The notes: a model not told the origin generated them from the letters alone. DNA of 32,000 bases from Candidatus Arthromitus sp. SFB-rat-Yit (GCF_000283555.1 NC_016012.1:60001-92000); one strand, 5' to 3'; positions 8,841 to 18,553 are shown, numbered from the stretch's first letter. Numbers and translations are program-made.

Positions 8841-9773
8841 CTAAAACTTTAAATTTAATTTATGAGATCTCTCTGATAATTCAGCTTCATTACATATTCT
8901 AAGTATTATTTGGGATTTAGCATCTTTATCATCCATTTTATCTTTTAAATCAATAAGCATATTTAACCAATAAGTATATCCGACTTGATCAGGATCTCTG
9001 TTAGCTATTATGGAATACATTGATGTTATAAATTCCTGATTAGATAGATTTCTATTTAAAAATTCTTTTTCATTTAAGATATTTAAAAGGAAATCACGAA
9101 CAGAATATTCTTGTGAAATAAGTTTATTATACCAATAATTAAACCCATATTCTTCAGGAGTTCTTGAAAATGTTTTTTTATATACATCTGATATGAAAAG
9201 TTTAATATCATCATCACTATTAAATTCTTTAGTTTGTATATATGATATATTATTTTTAAATGGAATTTTATTTAATAGATTATCAACTAAAGTGGATCTT
9301 ATATTTGGTAATCCAATAAATAGATCATTGTTTGTATTTATTATTTGTAGTGGTATTTTGCATTCTTTAAGGAGTTTTGCTTTTATCTTAATTAATTCAC
9401 ATTTTTCTACATTATTTTCTCCTGTGTTTATTCCTGTAAATGTTTCGAAGAATTTTAAAATCTTTGTATTATTATCGATATTTATAAAAGTACTACCAAA
9501 TTCCACTTCATTATTTTTGAAATATTCACCTGGTTCTATATACAATATTTCTATTATGTTTGGGTTGAATTTAAATTCGAATGTAATGGTATACAACGAA
9601 GATATATTTTCTGAGTTTAATGAAATATAAAATTCTTTATTTATCTCTATAGTATTTATATTAGTTGTTAGCGTCAAAGTGTTTTCATTTTGTGCTGCAT
9701 TAACTTTTACAGAATAGGTTAAAAATAACAGTGATATTGCTATGAAAAGATTTTTGTATATTTTCAAAATCAT
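8841..9773 (-). CDS. Secreted protein with cohesin-like N-terminal domain and two DUF4214-type repeats
   Basis: Signal peptide MILKIYKNLFIAISLLFLTYSVKVNA; beta-rich segment with YTITFEFKFNPNIIEI; C-terminal FISDVYKKTFSRTPEEYGFNYWYNKL and FITSMYSIIANRDPDQVGYTYWLNML are tandem DUF4214-like units. Confidence 0.72.
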   Translation of the reverse strand: MILKIYKNLFIAISLLFLTYSVKVNAAQNENTLTLTTNINTIEINKEFYISLNSENISSLYTITFEFKFNPNIIEILYIEPGEYFKNNEVEFGSTFINIDNNTKILKFFETFTGINTGENNVEKCELIKIKAKLLKECKIPLQIINTNNDLFIGLPNIRSTLVDNLLNKIPFKNNISYIQTKEFNSDDDIKLFISDVYKKTFSRTPEEYGFNYWYNKLISQEYSVRDFLLNILNEKEFLNRNLSNQEFITSMYSIIANRDPDQVGYTYWLNMLIDLKDKMDDKDAKSQIILRICNEAELSERSHKLNLKF

Positions 9774-9793
9774 CCCAACCTTTTTAAAAATAT

Positions 9794-10783
9794 TTACTTA
9801 CAATTAGATTTATCTGAATCACCATATGGATGTATATCTTCAAATATATATTTTTGCATTATATCCCGAGTTTTTTCTTTATCATATTTTAAGTACCAAA
9901 TATTATTAATTAAAGCACTATTGCAATCGCTATCCAGAGGAAAACGCATTTGTTCTATAGCGTTAATTTTATTAAAGACTATATTTTTTACTAAAGATAA
10001 TGCTCTTGTTGTTGATATATTAGTTTCTATCAATTCAGGTCCCATATTTATAAATTTTAAATAATTATTATAAGGTATGGTTTTAGCTTTTTCATATAAA
10101 GATATGAGTATTTTTTGTTGTCTTTCGCTTCTTTCATAATCATCTCTTCCAACTTTTCTAATTCTCGCATAGGATAAAGTTTGTATACCATTTAATATTT
10201 GAAGACCATCATTTGTTATATAAGTTGGTTCCTTTGATTGAATGTGACTTATTTCTTGTATGCATTTATTTAAATAGGGTATTTCTTTAGATTTGATATC
10301 TATAGGTATTCCTCCAATCAAATCTATTATTTTTTGAACATTGTAGAAATTAATTGTTACATAATCTTTTATATTTAATCCATAATTTTTATTTAATGTT
10401 TTAATAGCAAGTTCATGCCCTCCAAAAGCATATGCATGGTTCAATTTATCATTTCCAAAACCATCAATTGATACTAAAGAATCTCTCATCAGAGAGTTTA
10501 ATTTTATTTTTTTGTTTTGCTCATCTATTGTTATTATTGTTATTGAGTCTGATCTTTTAGGTTCATGTTCATATCTAAAATCTAAACCAAATAGAGCTAT
10601 ATTAGTAATTTTTTTATCGCTAAATTTATTTAAAATACTTTCTTCTATACCTAATAATTCATTATTAAATGAAACAATATTTTCTTTTTTAAGAAAAGTA
10701 TTTTCGTAAAAATATGTAAAGTATCCTATAAAGCCGAGTAAAATCATGAAAACTAATAAGAATTTATATTTTAAGCTATACAT
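9794..10783 (-). CDS. LytR-CpsA-Psr (LCP) family protein, second paralog
   Basis: TM segment, FGLDFRYEHEPKRSDSITIITIDEQNKKIKLNSLMRDSLVSIDGFGNDKLNHAYAFGG..., LSYARIRKVGRDDYERSERQQK. Confidence 0.92.
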   Translation of the reverse strand: MYSLKYKFLLVFMILLGFIGYFTYFYENTFLKKENIVSFNNELLGIEESILNKFSDKKITNIALFGLDFRYEHEPKRSDSITIITIDEQNKKIKLNSLMRDSLVSIDGFGNDKLNHAYAFGGHELAIKTLNKNYGLNIKDYVTINFYNVQKIIDLIGGIPIDIKSKEIPYLNKCIQEISHIQSKEPTYITNDGLQILNGIQTLSYARIRKVGRDDYERSERQQKILISLYEKAKTIPYNNYLKFINMGPELIETNISTTRALSLVKNIVFNKINAIEQMRFPLDSDCNSALINNIWYLKYDKEKTRDIMQKYIFEDIHPYGDSDKSNCK

Positions 10784-10891
10784 ATTAACACCCCGTAATT
10801 ATTTATATAAGAAGTATTATGTTCAATAAATTTTATAAATATAATAAATAATATTATTAATAGTTATATAGAATTAAAATTTTATTTATTG

Positions 10892-10900
10892 TGGTATAAT
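10892..10900 (+). promoter_or_regulatory. Putative extended -10 promoter element for the rightward BrkB/GT operon
   Basis: TGGTATAAT about 30-45 nt upstream of the candidate starts at 10926/10938; no strong -35, consistent with an extended -10. Confidence 0.45.
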
Positions 10901-10925
10901 AAATATTCAGCATATCTTTATAGAA

Positions 10926-11816
10926 GTGGGTGAAATATTGAAAAAAATATTTAGGAAAATTATATTTTTTATATATATTTTGATAAAAAAAATGGATGAT
11001 GATGAGTTAATAGCCCTTTCTTCGCAGTTATCATATAGTTTTGTTTTAGCTTTTTTCCCATTTTTGATTTTTTTGATGACAGTAATAGGATTTTTAAGAT
11101 TAGATAGCCAACAAGTTTTAATATTTTTACAAACACTTCTGCCTGATGAAATTTACCTTTTAATTCACAATATTGTAAAATTTGTAATTGATTCAAGAGA
11201 AGGATCGTTATTATCTTTGAGCTTATTTTTAAGTATATGGTCTAGTTCGGCAGGCTTTAGAGCTATTATGAGAGGGCTTAATAAGGCTTATGATGTGGTT
11301 GATACAAGAAGTTATATTGTAAAGATAATACTTTCCATTATATATACTATAGGTCTTGTTTTATTGATTGTATTAATGTTAATACTAGTTGTATTTGGAG
11401 GTATAATTGGAGATTTATTTGTTAAATTCTTTGTTGATTATGTAGATGTCAATATAGTGTTGAAATCATGGTATTTAATTAGATATACGTTTATAATAAC
11501 CTTAATGGTAACGGTTTTTGCCGTAATATATTATTATGTTCCAGTTGTTAAAGAAAAGAAACTTAGATGGGTGCTACCGGGAGCTATATTTACCACAATA
11601 GGATGGATAGTTATATCTATTGGATTTACATATTATGTAAACAATTTATATAATTTTTCAACTCTCTATGGTAGTATTGGAACAGTAATCGTTTTAATGA
11701 TATGGCTTTTTTTAACGTCTATGATAATACTTTTAGGTGGAGAGATAAATGCTATACTAACTAATAAAAATTTGGAAATATTAAAGTTTAACAATACGAA
11801 AAAAATTTTAAATTAG
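10926..11816 (+). CDS. YihY/BrkB-family inner membrane protein
   Basis: LSSQLSYSFVLAFFPFLIFLMTVIG..., SSAGFRAIMRGLNKAYDV..., GSIGTVIVLMIWLFLTSMIILLGGEINA: YihY motifs. GTG start at 10926 or TTG at 10938. Confidence 0.92.
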   Translation: MGEILKKIFRKIIFFIYILIKKMDDDELIALSSQLSYSFVLAFFPFLIFLMTVIGFLRLDSQQVLIFLQTLLPDEIYLLIHNIVKFVIDSREGSLLSLSLFLSIWSSSAGFRAIMRGLNKAYDVVDTRSYIVKIILSIIYTIGLVLLIVLMLILVVFGGIIGDLFVKFFVDYVDVNIVLKSWYLIRYTFIITLMVTVFAVIYYYVPVVKEKKLRWVLPGAIFTTIGWIVISIGFTYYVNNLYNFSTLYGSIGTVIVLMIWLFLTSMIILLGGEINAILTNKNLEILKFNNTKKILN

Positions 11817-11823
11817 TATAGGG

Positions 11824-12939
11824 GTGTCAAATCTGAAAAAGATTTTAATTTGTATTTATAATTTACAAGGTGGTGGAGCTGAAAGAGTTCTTATCAATTT
11901 ATTGAATTCATTTGTAGATGAAAATTACGATGTAACACTTCTTGTTTTAAGAAAAGAAGGGATTTATTTAAATAAAATTCCAAGTAAAATCAAAGTTATA
12001 TATGCATTTAAAACTTTATTTGGTAAGAAACTTGCAAACAAAGTTTTAGGTTTTTTAAGCTCGAAAATACTATATAAGATGTTTGTTAGAGAAAAATTTG
12101 ATATTGAGATTTCATTTTTGGAAGGATTTGCAACTAAAGTTATAAGTGGATCGCTATCTAATAGCAAAAAAATAGCGTGGATTCATGCGGATTTTAGTAA
12201 TTATCACTGGACAAATAAGATATTTTCTTATGAAAATGAAAAGAAGTTTTATAGTAAATTTGATAATATAGTTTGTGTTTCTAAGTTATGTGCTAAGTCT
12301 TTTACAGACAAATTTGGATTTAGAGATAAAATAAAAATCGTTTACAATTTATTAGATAAAAATTTAGAAAATTATACAAAATTTAAATTTAATAACGTAT
12401 TTAATAAATATAAAACAACAAAAATAATATATGTTGGGAGAATTGAAAAAGAAAAGTCAGTAGGAAGGCTTATTGAATCTTTTGAGGAAATACTCTGTAT
12501 GGGGTATAGTGATATAACTCTTTTCATTTTGGGAGATGGGTCATTGAAAAAATATTTAGAAGAGTATGTTTTTAAAAATAATTTAAGTAATAATATTAAG
12601 TTTATACCATTTAAAGAGGATGTTTATGATTATATATTATCGAGCGATTATGTAATAGTTCCATCATATTCTGAATCTTTTTCTTTAGTTTTAGCTGAAT
12701 CATTATATTTAGGTAAAATATGTATAGCGACTGATACTGCTGGGGCTAGAGAAGTTTTAAAAAATGGGGAATATGGTATTATAGTTGATAATTCAAAAGA
12801 GGGGATTAAGTGTGGTATATTAAAGGTAATTAATAATCCAGAATTGAAAAACAGATATATTTCTAAAATGAATAAAGATAATTATGAGTTTAACAGGAAG
12901 AATGTACTTAATAAAATATTTGATATCATAAATTTTTAA
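11824..12939 (+). CDS. GT4-family glycosyltransferase
   Basis: LICIYNLQGGGAERVLINLLN..., VGRIEKEKSVGRLIESFE, VVPSYSESFSLVLAESLYLGKICIATDTAGAREV. Confidence 0.93.
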   Translation: MSNLKKILICIYNLQGGGAERVLINLLNSFVDENYDVTLLVLRKEGIYLNKIPSKIKVIYAFKTLFGKKLANKVLGFLSSKILYKMFVREKFDIEISFLEGFATKVISGSLSNSKKIAWIHADFSNYHWTNKIFSYENEKKFYSKFDNIVCVSKLCAKSFTDKFGFRDKIKIVYNLLDKNLENYTKFKFNNVFNKYKTTKIIYVGRIEKEKSVGRLIESFEEILCMGYSDITLFILGDGSLKKYLEEYVFKNNLSNNIKFIPFKEDVYDYILSSDYVIVPSYSESFSLVLAESLYLGKICIATDTAGAREVLKNGEYGIIVDNSKEGIKCGILKVINNPELKNRYISKMNKDNYEFNRKNVLNKIFDIINF

Positions 12940-12955
12940 ACAAGGAATATTATAG

Positions 12956-14248
12956 ATGAGTTTTGATTTTAAGAAGCTATTTGACAATAAGATTATAAAG
13001 AATTTTGTTATTGTATTTTTAGGAGATGGATTTTCATCCGTATTGACATTACTTAATTTAAGTATAATGATTAGAGTTTTGGGGTTAAATGTCAGCTCAA
13101 GTGTTAATTTAGTTATATCTTATGTATTGGTGTTTGATACAATATTTAATTTTCAGTCATTTAATTCAATAATTAAGTTTTTACCACAATATATAATATC
13201 AAATGATGTAAATAAGATTAAGCAATACATAAAACAGGGATTTATACTTGATATTGTAACAGCTATAATTTCATTTATATTTTGTAATTTATGTATAGCG
13301 ATGGTATTTCGTATATTTAATTTAGATAAGAGTTTAATAAGATTGATTAATATATACTCATTTTCTATACTTTTTAATTTAACAGGTACTGGAATAGGTA
13401 TAATTAGAGTATTTGATAAATTTAAGTATTCCACGTATATAAATGTGATTGTTAATTCGTTGAAATTTATTTTTTATGTATTATCGTTTTTTGTAAAGGT
13501 AGATATGTTATATTTTATATGGGTTGAACTCATATTTGGAATAGTTAATATGATTATGATATTAGCATTTACAAAATGGATACTTAATGTTACAAATATT
13601 AAATATATATTTAAAACTAAAGTTATATGGGATAAGGAATTTTTAAAATTTAATTTTTATTGTAATCTTATGACTACATTAGATGTTCCCATAAGTCACT
13701 TAACTCCCTTTATGATTAATAGATATATAGGTGTAGAATTTATAAGTGTTTATAAGCTTATTGAAAAAATAGGAGGAATTATTGCTAAAATTGCCTCTCC
13801 TTTAGTTAATATAATATACCCAGAAATAAGCACTAAAGTATCTGAAGGTAATATAAAAAGTTCTTTAAATTTAGTAAAAAAGTTATTTTTTTATATAATG
13901 TTATTTGGAGTAATAATTTTTATATTTTTAGGATTATCACATAAAATTTGGGTAAATATTCTAATATTAAATGGTGATAAATTTATAGTAAATATAATGT
14001 TTTATTTATCGTTTGTTATATTTAAATTTTCATTTGTAGGTATTTACCCTTTAGTTTTATCCTTGGGATGCATAAAATATAATGTGAATATTGTGTTGAT
14101 TGCTAATTTAGTTTATTTGTTATGTATACCTATTTTGACAGGTTTATTTAATATAAATGGTATTATAATTGCACAGTTTATACAGGTTTCTCTTGTTATA
14201 TTTATGCAGATTTTTATTATAAATAGAAAGTTAAAATTTAAGGTTTAA
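12956..14248 (+). CDS. Wzx/flippase-like polysaccharide transporter (MATE/PST superfamily)
   Basis: 430-aa multi-TM protein, FVIVFLGDGFSSVLTLLNLSIMIRVLG, central MINRYIGVEFISVYKLIEKIGGI; genomic context. Confidence 0.82.
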   Translation: MSFDFKKLFDNKIIKNFVIVFLGDGFSSVLTLLNLSIMIRVLGLNVSSSVNLVISYVLVFDTIFNFQSFNSIIKFLPQYIISNDVNKIKQYIKQGFILDIVTAIISFIFCNLCIAMVFRIFNLDKSLIRLINIYSFSILFNLTGTGIGIIRVFDKFKYSTYINVIVNSLKFIFYVLSFFVKVDMLYFIWVELIFGIVNMIMILAFTKWILNVTNIKYIFKTKVIWDKEFLKFNFYCNLMTTLDVPISHLTPFMINRYIGVEFISVYKLIEKIGGIIAKIASPLVNIIYPEISTKVSEGNIKSSLNLVKKLFFYIMLFGVIIFIFLGLSHKIWVNILILNGDKFIVNIMFYLSFVIFKFSFVGIYPLVLSLGCIKYNVNIVLIANLVYLLCIPILTGLFNINGIIIAQFIQVSLVIFMQIFIINRKLKFKV

Positions 14249-14318
14249 TTTGCTTTGATAGACTACAAAAATATTATATGTTAAAATTATTTTATTAATT
14301 AAGGTATTAAATGGGGGA

Positions 14319-15002
14319 TTGTATTTGGAAAATATATATTTATTAGATGTTAATATGGATACTCATTTTATACATATTTATAAAAAATATAAGAAGTCAA
14401 TTGTTTATGAGATATTAAAGAGGTCTTTAGATATAGTTGTATCACTAATAGCTTTAATAATTTTATCTCCAATTTTTTTAGTTATAGCTATATTAATTAA
14501 ATTAGATTCTAGAGGATCTGTTATATTTTCTCAGTTTAGGGTTGGTAAAAATGGTAGAATTTTTAAAATGTATAAATTTAGATCTATGGTTGAGAATGCA
14601 GAAGATATATTAAGGGAATTAAAAAATAAAAATGAAATGTCTGGTCCTATGTTTAAAATAAAACATGATCCAAGAGTTACGAAGATAGGTAGATTTATAA
14701 GGAAAACTAGCTTAGATGAATTGCCACAACTTATAAATGTTTTAAAAGGAGATATGTCATTAGTTGGACCAAGACCCAATTTACCAATAGAAGTTAAGGA
14801 ATTTGAAAAATGGATGCTTGATAAGCTTGTTATTAGACCAGGATTAACATGTTTTTGGCAGACTATGGGGAGAAATACGATTGATTTTGTTGAATGGATG
14901 AAGTTAGATATTAAATATGTTCAAGAAAGAAATTTATTTTTAGACATAATTTTAATAATAAAGACGTTTAAAGTATTATTTGGGGATAAAACTGCAAGTT
15001 AA
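14319..15002 (+). CDS. Polyprenyl-phosphate sugar-1-phosphate transferase (priming bacterial sugar transferase, short WcaJ/PglC-like form)
   Basis: KRSLDIVVSLIALIILSPIFLVIAILIKLDSRGSVIFSQFRVGKNGRIFKMYKFRSM..., TSLDELPQLINVLKGDMSLVGPRP, RPGLTCFWQ. Confidence 0.93.
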   Translation: MYLENIYLLDVNMDTHFIHIYKKYKKSIVYEILKRSLDIVVSLIALIILSPIFLVIAILIKLDSRGSVIFSQFRVGKNGRIFKMYKFRSMVENAEDILRELKNKNEMSGPMFKIKHDPRVTKIGRFIRKTSLDELPQLINVLKGDMSLVGPRPNLPIEVKEFEKWMLDKLVIRPGLTCFWQTMGRNTIDFVEWMKLDIKYVQERNLFLDIILIIKTFKVLFGDKTAS

Positions 15003-15023
15003 TATAGGAGATGTTTAAAATAT

Positions 15024-16055
15024 ATGTTATGTGCTATTATAATGGCTGGTGGAAAAGGTACTCGATTTTGGCCACTATCCACAGAAGAAAAACCTAAACA
15101 ATTTTTAAATCTTTTAGGTAATAGGACTATGATAAAAATGACATATGATAGAATAAGTAAGATTTTACCTAAAGATAGAATTTTTATTTCTACTACTTCA
15201 AAATATAAAGGTTTAGTTTTAGAACAGTTAAAGGATATTTCACCCCAAAATATAATAGTTGAACCTGAATCACGTAATACATCCGCATGTATTTGTTTAT
15301 CTAACTTGTATGTAAAAAAGAAGTTTAATAATTGTAATGTTATAGTGTTACCTTCGGATCATTTAATAAATGATGAAAAAGTATTTGTAGATACTGTGTT
15401 AGAGGCTGATAAATTTTTATATAGTAATGATAAAAGTATTATTACCTTTGGAATTAAACCTGATAGACCAGAAACAGGGTATGGATATATAAATTATGAT
15501 TTGGACAGTTCACTTAAGATAAATAAAGTTATTTCGTTTGTAGAAAAACCAAATTATACTACAGCTTTGAAATATTTGAATGAAGGGAATTATTACTGGA
15601 ATAGTGGTATTTTTGTTTGGAATGTAAATTTGATTTTGAATTTAATAGACAAATATTTAAATAATACATATAAAGTTTTGAGTCCTATTTTAGAGCTTTC
15701 AGATTATGAATGTGAAAAATTTATAAATGAAAATTATAGATTAACAGATAATATTTCAATTGATTATGGTGTTATGGAAAAATATAGTAATATCTCTGTT
15801 ATTGAAGGGGATTTTGGTTGGGATGATGTTGGAAGTTGGTCCAGTATTGATCGGTATAATAAGAAAGATTTAGATGGAAATATATTAAATTCATCAGGTG
15901 TTTTGATGAAATCTAATAATAATACTGTATTGATAAAAAAGAAGATTCTATTAAATAATGTTAGTGATTTAATAATTGTAGAAACGGATGAGTATATAGT
16001 AGTTTCATCTAAAGAACATGCTCAGGATATAAATCTTGCACGAGACTATATGTGA
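15024..16055 (+). CDS. manC: Mannose-1-phosphate guanylyltransferase
   Basis: IIMAGGKGTRFWPLSTEEKPKQFLNL..., VLPSDHLI, FVEKPNYTTA, NSGIFVWN, WDDVGSW. Confidence 0.92.
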   Translation: MLCAIIMAGGKGTRFWPLSTEEKPKQFLNLLGNRTMIKMTYDRISKILPKDRIFISTTSKYKGLVLEQLKDISPQNIIVEPESRNTSACICLSNLYVKKKFNNCNVIVLPSDHLINDEKVFVDTVLEADKFLYSNDKSIITFGIKPDRPETGYGYINYDLDSSLKINKVISFVEKPNYTTALKYLNEGNYYWNSGIFVWNVNLILNLIDKYLNNTYKVLSPILELSDYECEKFINENYRLTDNISIDYGVMEKYSNISVIEGDFGWDDVGSWSSIDRYNKKDLDGNILNSSGVLMKSNNNTVLIKKKILLNNVSDLIIVETDEYIVVSSKEHAQDINLARDYM

Positions 16056-16063
16056 TTTTAAGG

Positions 16064-16097
16064 GGGTTAGTTATTAAAATAATAATTACCCTTTTTT
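16064..16097 (+). terminator. Possible intra-cluster terminator/attenuator after manC
   Basis: GGGTTAGTTATT...AATAATTACCC followed by TTTTTT: imperfect stem with one bulge and a G-U pair. Confidence 0.55.
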
Positions 16098-16116
16098 ATT
16101 TTAAGGAGTGTATATT

Positions 16117-16968
16117 ATGAAATTTTCTTTAATAATGGCTACATTAGGTAGAGTTGATGAGATAAAGGTGTTTTTAGATTCATTAGATCTACAAAATTAC
16201 AAAGATTTTGAACTTATTATAGTAGATCAAAATGATGAAAATATTTTGGGAAATATGATATCGTTGTATAAGGAAAAGTTTTATATAAATCATATAAGAA
16301 TAAAGGAGAAAGGATTATCTTTAGCAAGAAACATAGGTATTAAATATGCTACGGGAGATATTATTGCATTTCCGGATGATGACTGTATATATAGTTTGGG
16401 TATACTTAACTATATAAATAATTTTTTTAATAAAAATGAACACATAAATTTTCTTACTTTTAGATTAAGAGATAGAAGTACTGGTGAAGATGCAAATTTA
16501 AGATGGTATGATAGGGATATTGAAATAACTGATAAAAACATTTTCAGAACAGTTATAAGCCCGTCTATATTTGTGAAATTTAAAAATATAGATGATATAT
16601 TTTTTGATGAAAATCTTGGTGTTGGAAGAAGGTATGGATCTGGTGAAGAAAGTGATATGGTTTTAGAGTTATTACATAGAGGTTATAAAGGTATGTTTCT
16701 AAATAATTTTATAGTATACCATCCTAATAAAAATGATTCTATTAATAAAACATATTCATATGGACTTGGGTATGGAGCTACATTAAAGAAACATGTTAAG
16801 TTGCGTAGAGGGAATGTTTTGATTTTTGATTATTTAATTAGAGATTCTATTTTAAAACCTATTTTTGGTATGGCTATTAGTGTGGTAAAATTCAATAGTG
16901 AGGGGTTTGTTTTGTATAAGGAGCGAATGAAATCAAGAATTAAGGGTTATTTAGAATATAAAATTTAA
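16117..16968 (+). CDS. GT2-family glycosyltransferase
   Basis: FSLIMATLGRVDEIKVFLDSLDLQNYKDFELIIVDQNDE..., ATGDIIAFPDDDCIY. AAGGAG RBS before ATG 16117. Confidence 0.93.
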   Translation: MKFSLIMATLGRVDEIKVFLDSLDLQNYKDFELIIVDQNDENILGNMISLYKEKFYINHIRIKEKGLSLARNIGIKYATGDIIAFPDDDCIYSLGILNYINNFFNKNEHINFLTFRLRDRSTGEDANLRWYDRDIEITDKNIFRTVISPSIFVKFKNIDDIFFDENLGVGRRYGSGEESDMVLELLHRGYKGMFLNNFIVYHPNKNDSINKTYSYGLGYGATLKKHVKLRRGNVLIFDYLIRDSILKPIFGMAISVVKFNSEGFVLYKERMKSRIKGYLEYKI

Positions 16969-16985
16969 TTAAGGAGTTATGTTAT

Positions 16986-17849
16986 ATGTCATTAATCAAA
17001 AAAGCTGTAATTCCAGTTGCGGGTTTTGGTACAAGATTTCTACCTGCAACAAAATCTATACCTAAAGAGATGATGCCAATTTTAGATAAACCAACTATAC
17101 ATTATATAGTACAAGAGGCAATTGATTCGGGTATTACAGATATATTGTTTGTTACAAGTAAACACAAAAAATGTATTGAAGATTATTTCGATAATTTTAG
17201 GGAATTAGAAGATATCTTAGAAATATCTAAAAATTATGAGATGCTCAATACTATTAGAGATATATCTAGTATGGCTAATATAAGTTTTGTTAGACAAAAA
17301 GAGCAGAAGGGATTAGGGCACGCTATATATCAGGCTAAGACTTTTGTAGGTTCTGATCCATTTTGTGTATTGCTTGGAGATGATTTGATTTGTAGTGATA
17401 AAAAACCTTGTTTAAAACAATTAATAGACGTATACGATGAGTATGGAGGAAGTGTATTAGGAGTTCAGGATGTTGATTTAAAAGATGTATCTAAGTATGG
17501 TATTATTGATGGAACAGAGGTTTGCGAAAATTTATATGAAGTTAAAAATTTAATTGAAAAGCCGTCTATTGAGGAGGCTCCAAGTAATAAGGCTATTCTT
17601 GGAAGATATGTAATAAGTCATAATATATTTAAATTTTTAGAACAGAGTTTAGTTGGTAAAAATGGTGAAATACAACTTACAGATTCTATATTAAAATTGG
17701 TTTCAAATGAGAATGTATATGCTTATAATTTTGAAGGTAATAGATATGATATAGGAAATAAACTTGGATATTTAAAAGCAATGATTGATTATGCATTGAA
17801 AGATGATAGTATAAATCAAGAATTAAGAGGGTATTTAAAAGAAAGGTAA
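16986..17849 (+). CDS. galU: UTP--glucose-1-phosphate uridylyltransferase
   Basis: KKAVIPVAGFGTRFLPATKSIPKEMMPILDKPTIHYIVQEA..., VLLGDDLI, NKAILGRYVI. Confidence 0.96.
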   Translation: MSLIKKAVIPVAGFGTRFLPATKSIPKEMMPILDKPTIHYIVQEAIDSGITDILFVTSKHKKCIEDYFDNFRELEDILEISKNYEMLNTIRDISSMANISFVRQKEQKGLGHAIYQAKTFVGSDPFCVLLGDDLICSDKKPCLKQLIDVYDEYGGSVLGVQDVDLKDVSKYGIIDGTEVCENLYEVKNLIEKPSIEEAPSNKAILGRYVISHNIFKFLEQSLVGKNGEIQLTDSILKLVSNENVYAYNFEGNRYDIGNKLGYLKAMIDYALKDDSINQELRGYLKER

Positions 17850-17853
17850 ATCT

Positions 17854-18447
17854 ATGATTAATATAGAAACAGATAGTAAATTTATAGTTGATTATAATAA
17901 AAGTGTTTTAATAGTAATTGATATGATTAAAGGATTTACTGATGTAGGTAATTTAAATAGTAATTATATATCAAGTATAGCTTCTGATATAAAATATTAT
18001 AGTAAAAAATTTTCAAATATTGTTGCTATAAATGATAGTCATAATATACATGATTGTGAATTTAACTTTTATCCACATCATTGTATAAAAGGAACAATAG
18101 AAAGCGAATTTTGTGATGAATTGAAGAGTATAGATTTTAACTATGTACTTTCTAAAAATTCAACTAATGCGTTTTTTTCGAATGGATTTTTAAGTGTGTT
18201 TAGTAATTATATAGAAAATGATTTTAACTTTGTGGTTGTGGGGTGTTGCGCAGATATATGTGTATTACAATTTTGTTTAACATTTAAGGCTTATTTAAAT
18301 CACATAAATAAAAACCTTGATATAATAATTCCTGTTAATTTAATAGAAACATATGATGATATTAATCATCCAAGAGATGAGGTATTGAAAATTTCATTAT
18401 ATTTAATGAAAAATATGGGTATAGAGTTAATAGAAGTCGATATATAA
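17854..18447 (+). CDS. Nicotinamidase-like cysteine hydrolase (isochorismatase superfamily)
   Basis: VLIVIDMIKGFTD, NDSHNIHDCEFNFYPHHCIKGTIESE, VVVGCCADICVLQFC: Asp/Lys/Cys triad and metal-site motifs of nicotinamidases. Confidence 0.82.
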   Translation: MINIETDSKFIVDYNKSVLIVIDMIKGFTDVGNLNSNYISSIASDIKYYSKKFSNIVAINDSHNIHDCEFNFYPHHCIKGTIESEFCDELKSIDFNYVLSKNSTNAFFSNGFLSVFSNYIENDFNFVVVGCCADICVLQFCLTFKAYLNHINKNLDIIIPVNLIETYDDINHPRDEVLKISLYLMKNMGIELIEVDI

Positions 18448-18553
18448 TTTTTTAATTATATACTTAAAAACACATTTAAAATTGTATAAACTTACCGAAA
18501 TTAGAAATAATTCATATAAAAGGATTTATTTGTAATTAGGAGGAATATTTAAA

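Noticed and set aside
9193-9630. Plus-strand 145-aa ORF antisense to the DUF4214 protein gene
   Set aside because: Longest antisense ORF, but low complexity (Ser/Leu/Phe rich) as expected from A/T-rich antisense; the opposite strand has a signal peptide and domain repeats.
10512-11196. ORFs 10512..10709 (+) and 10969..11196 (-)
   Set aside because: Antisense shadows of LCP and yihY genes.
11964-14779. Minus-strand ORFs 11964..12167, 13153..13434, 14531..14779
   Set aside because: Antisense to GT4, flippase and sugar transferase genes; no motifs or start signals.
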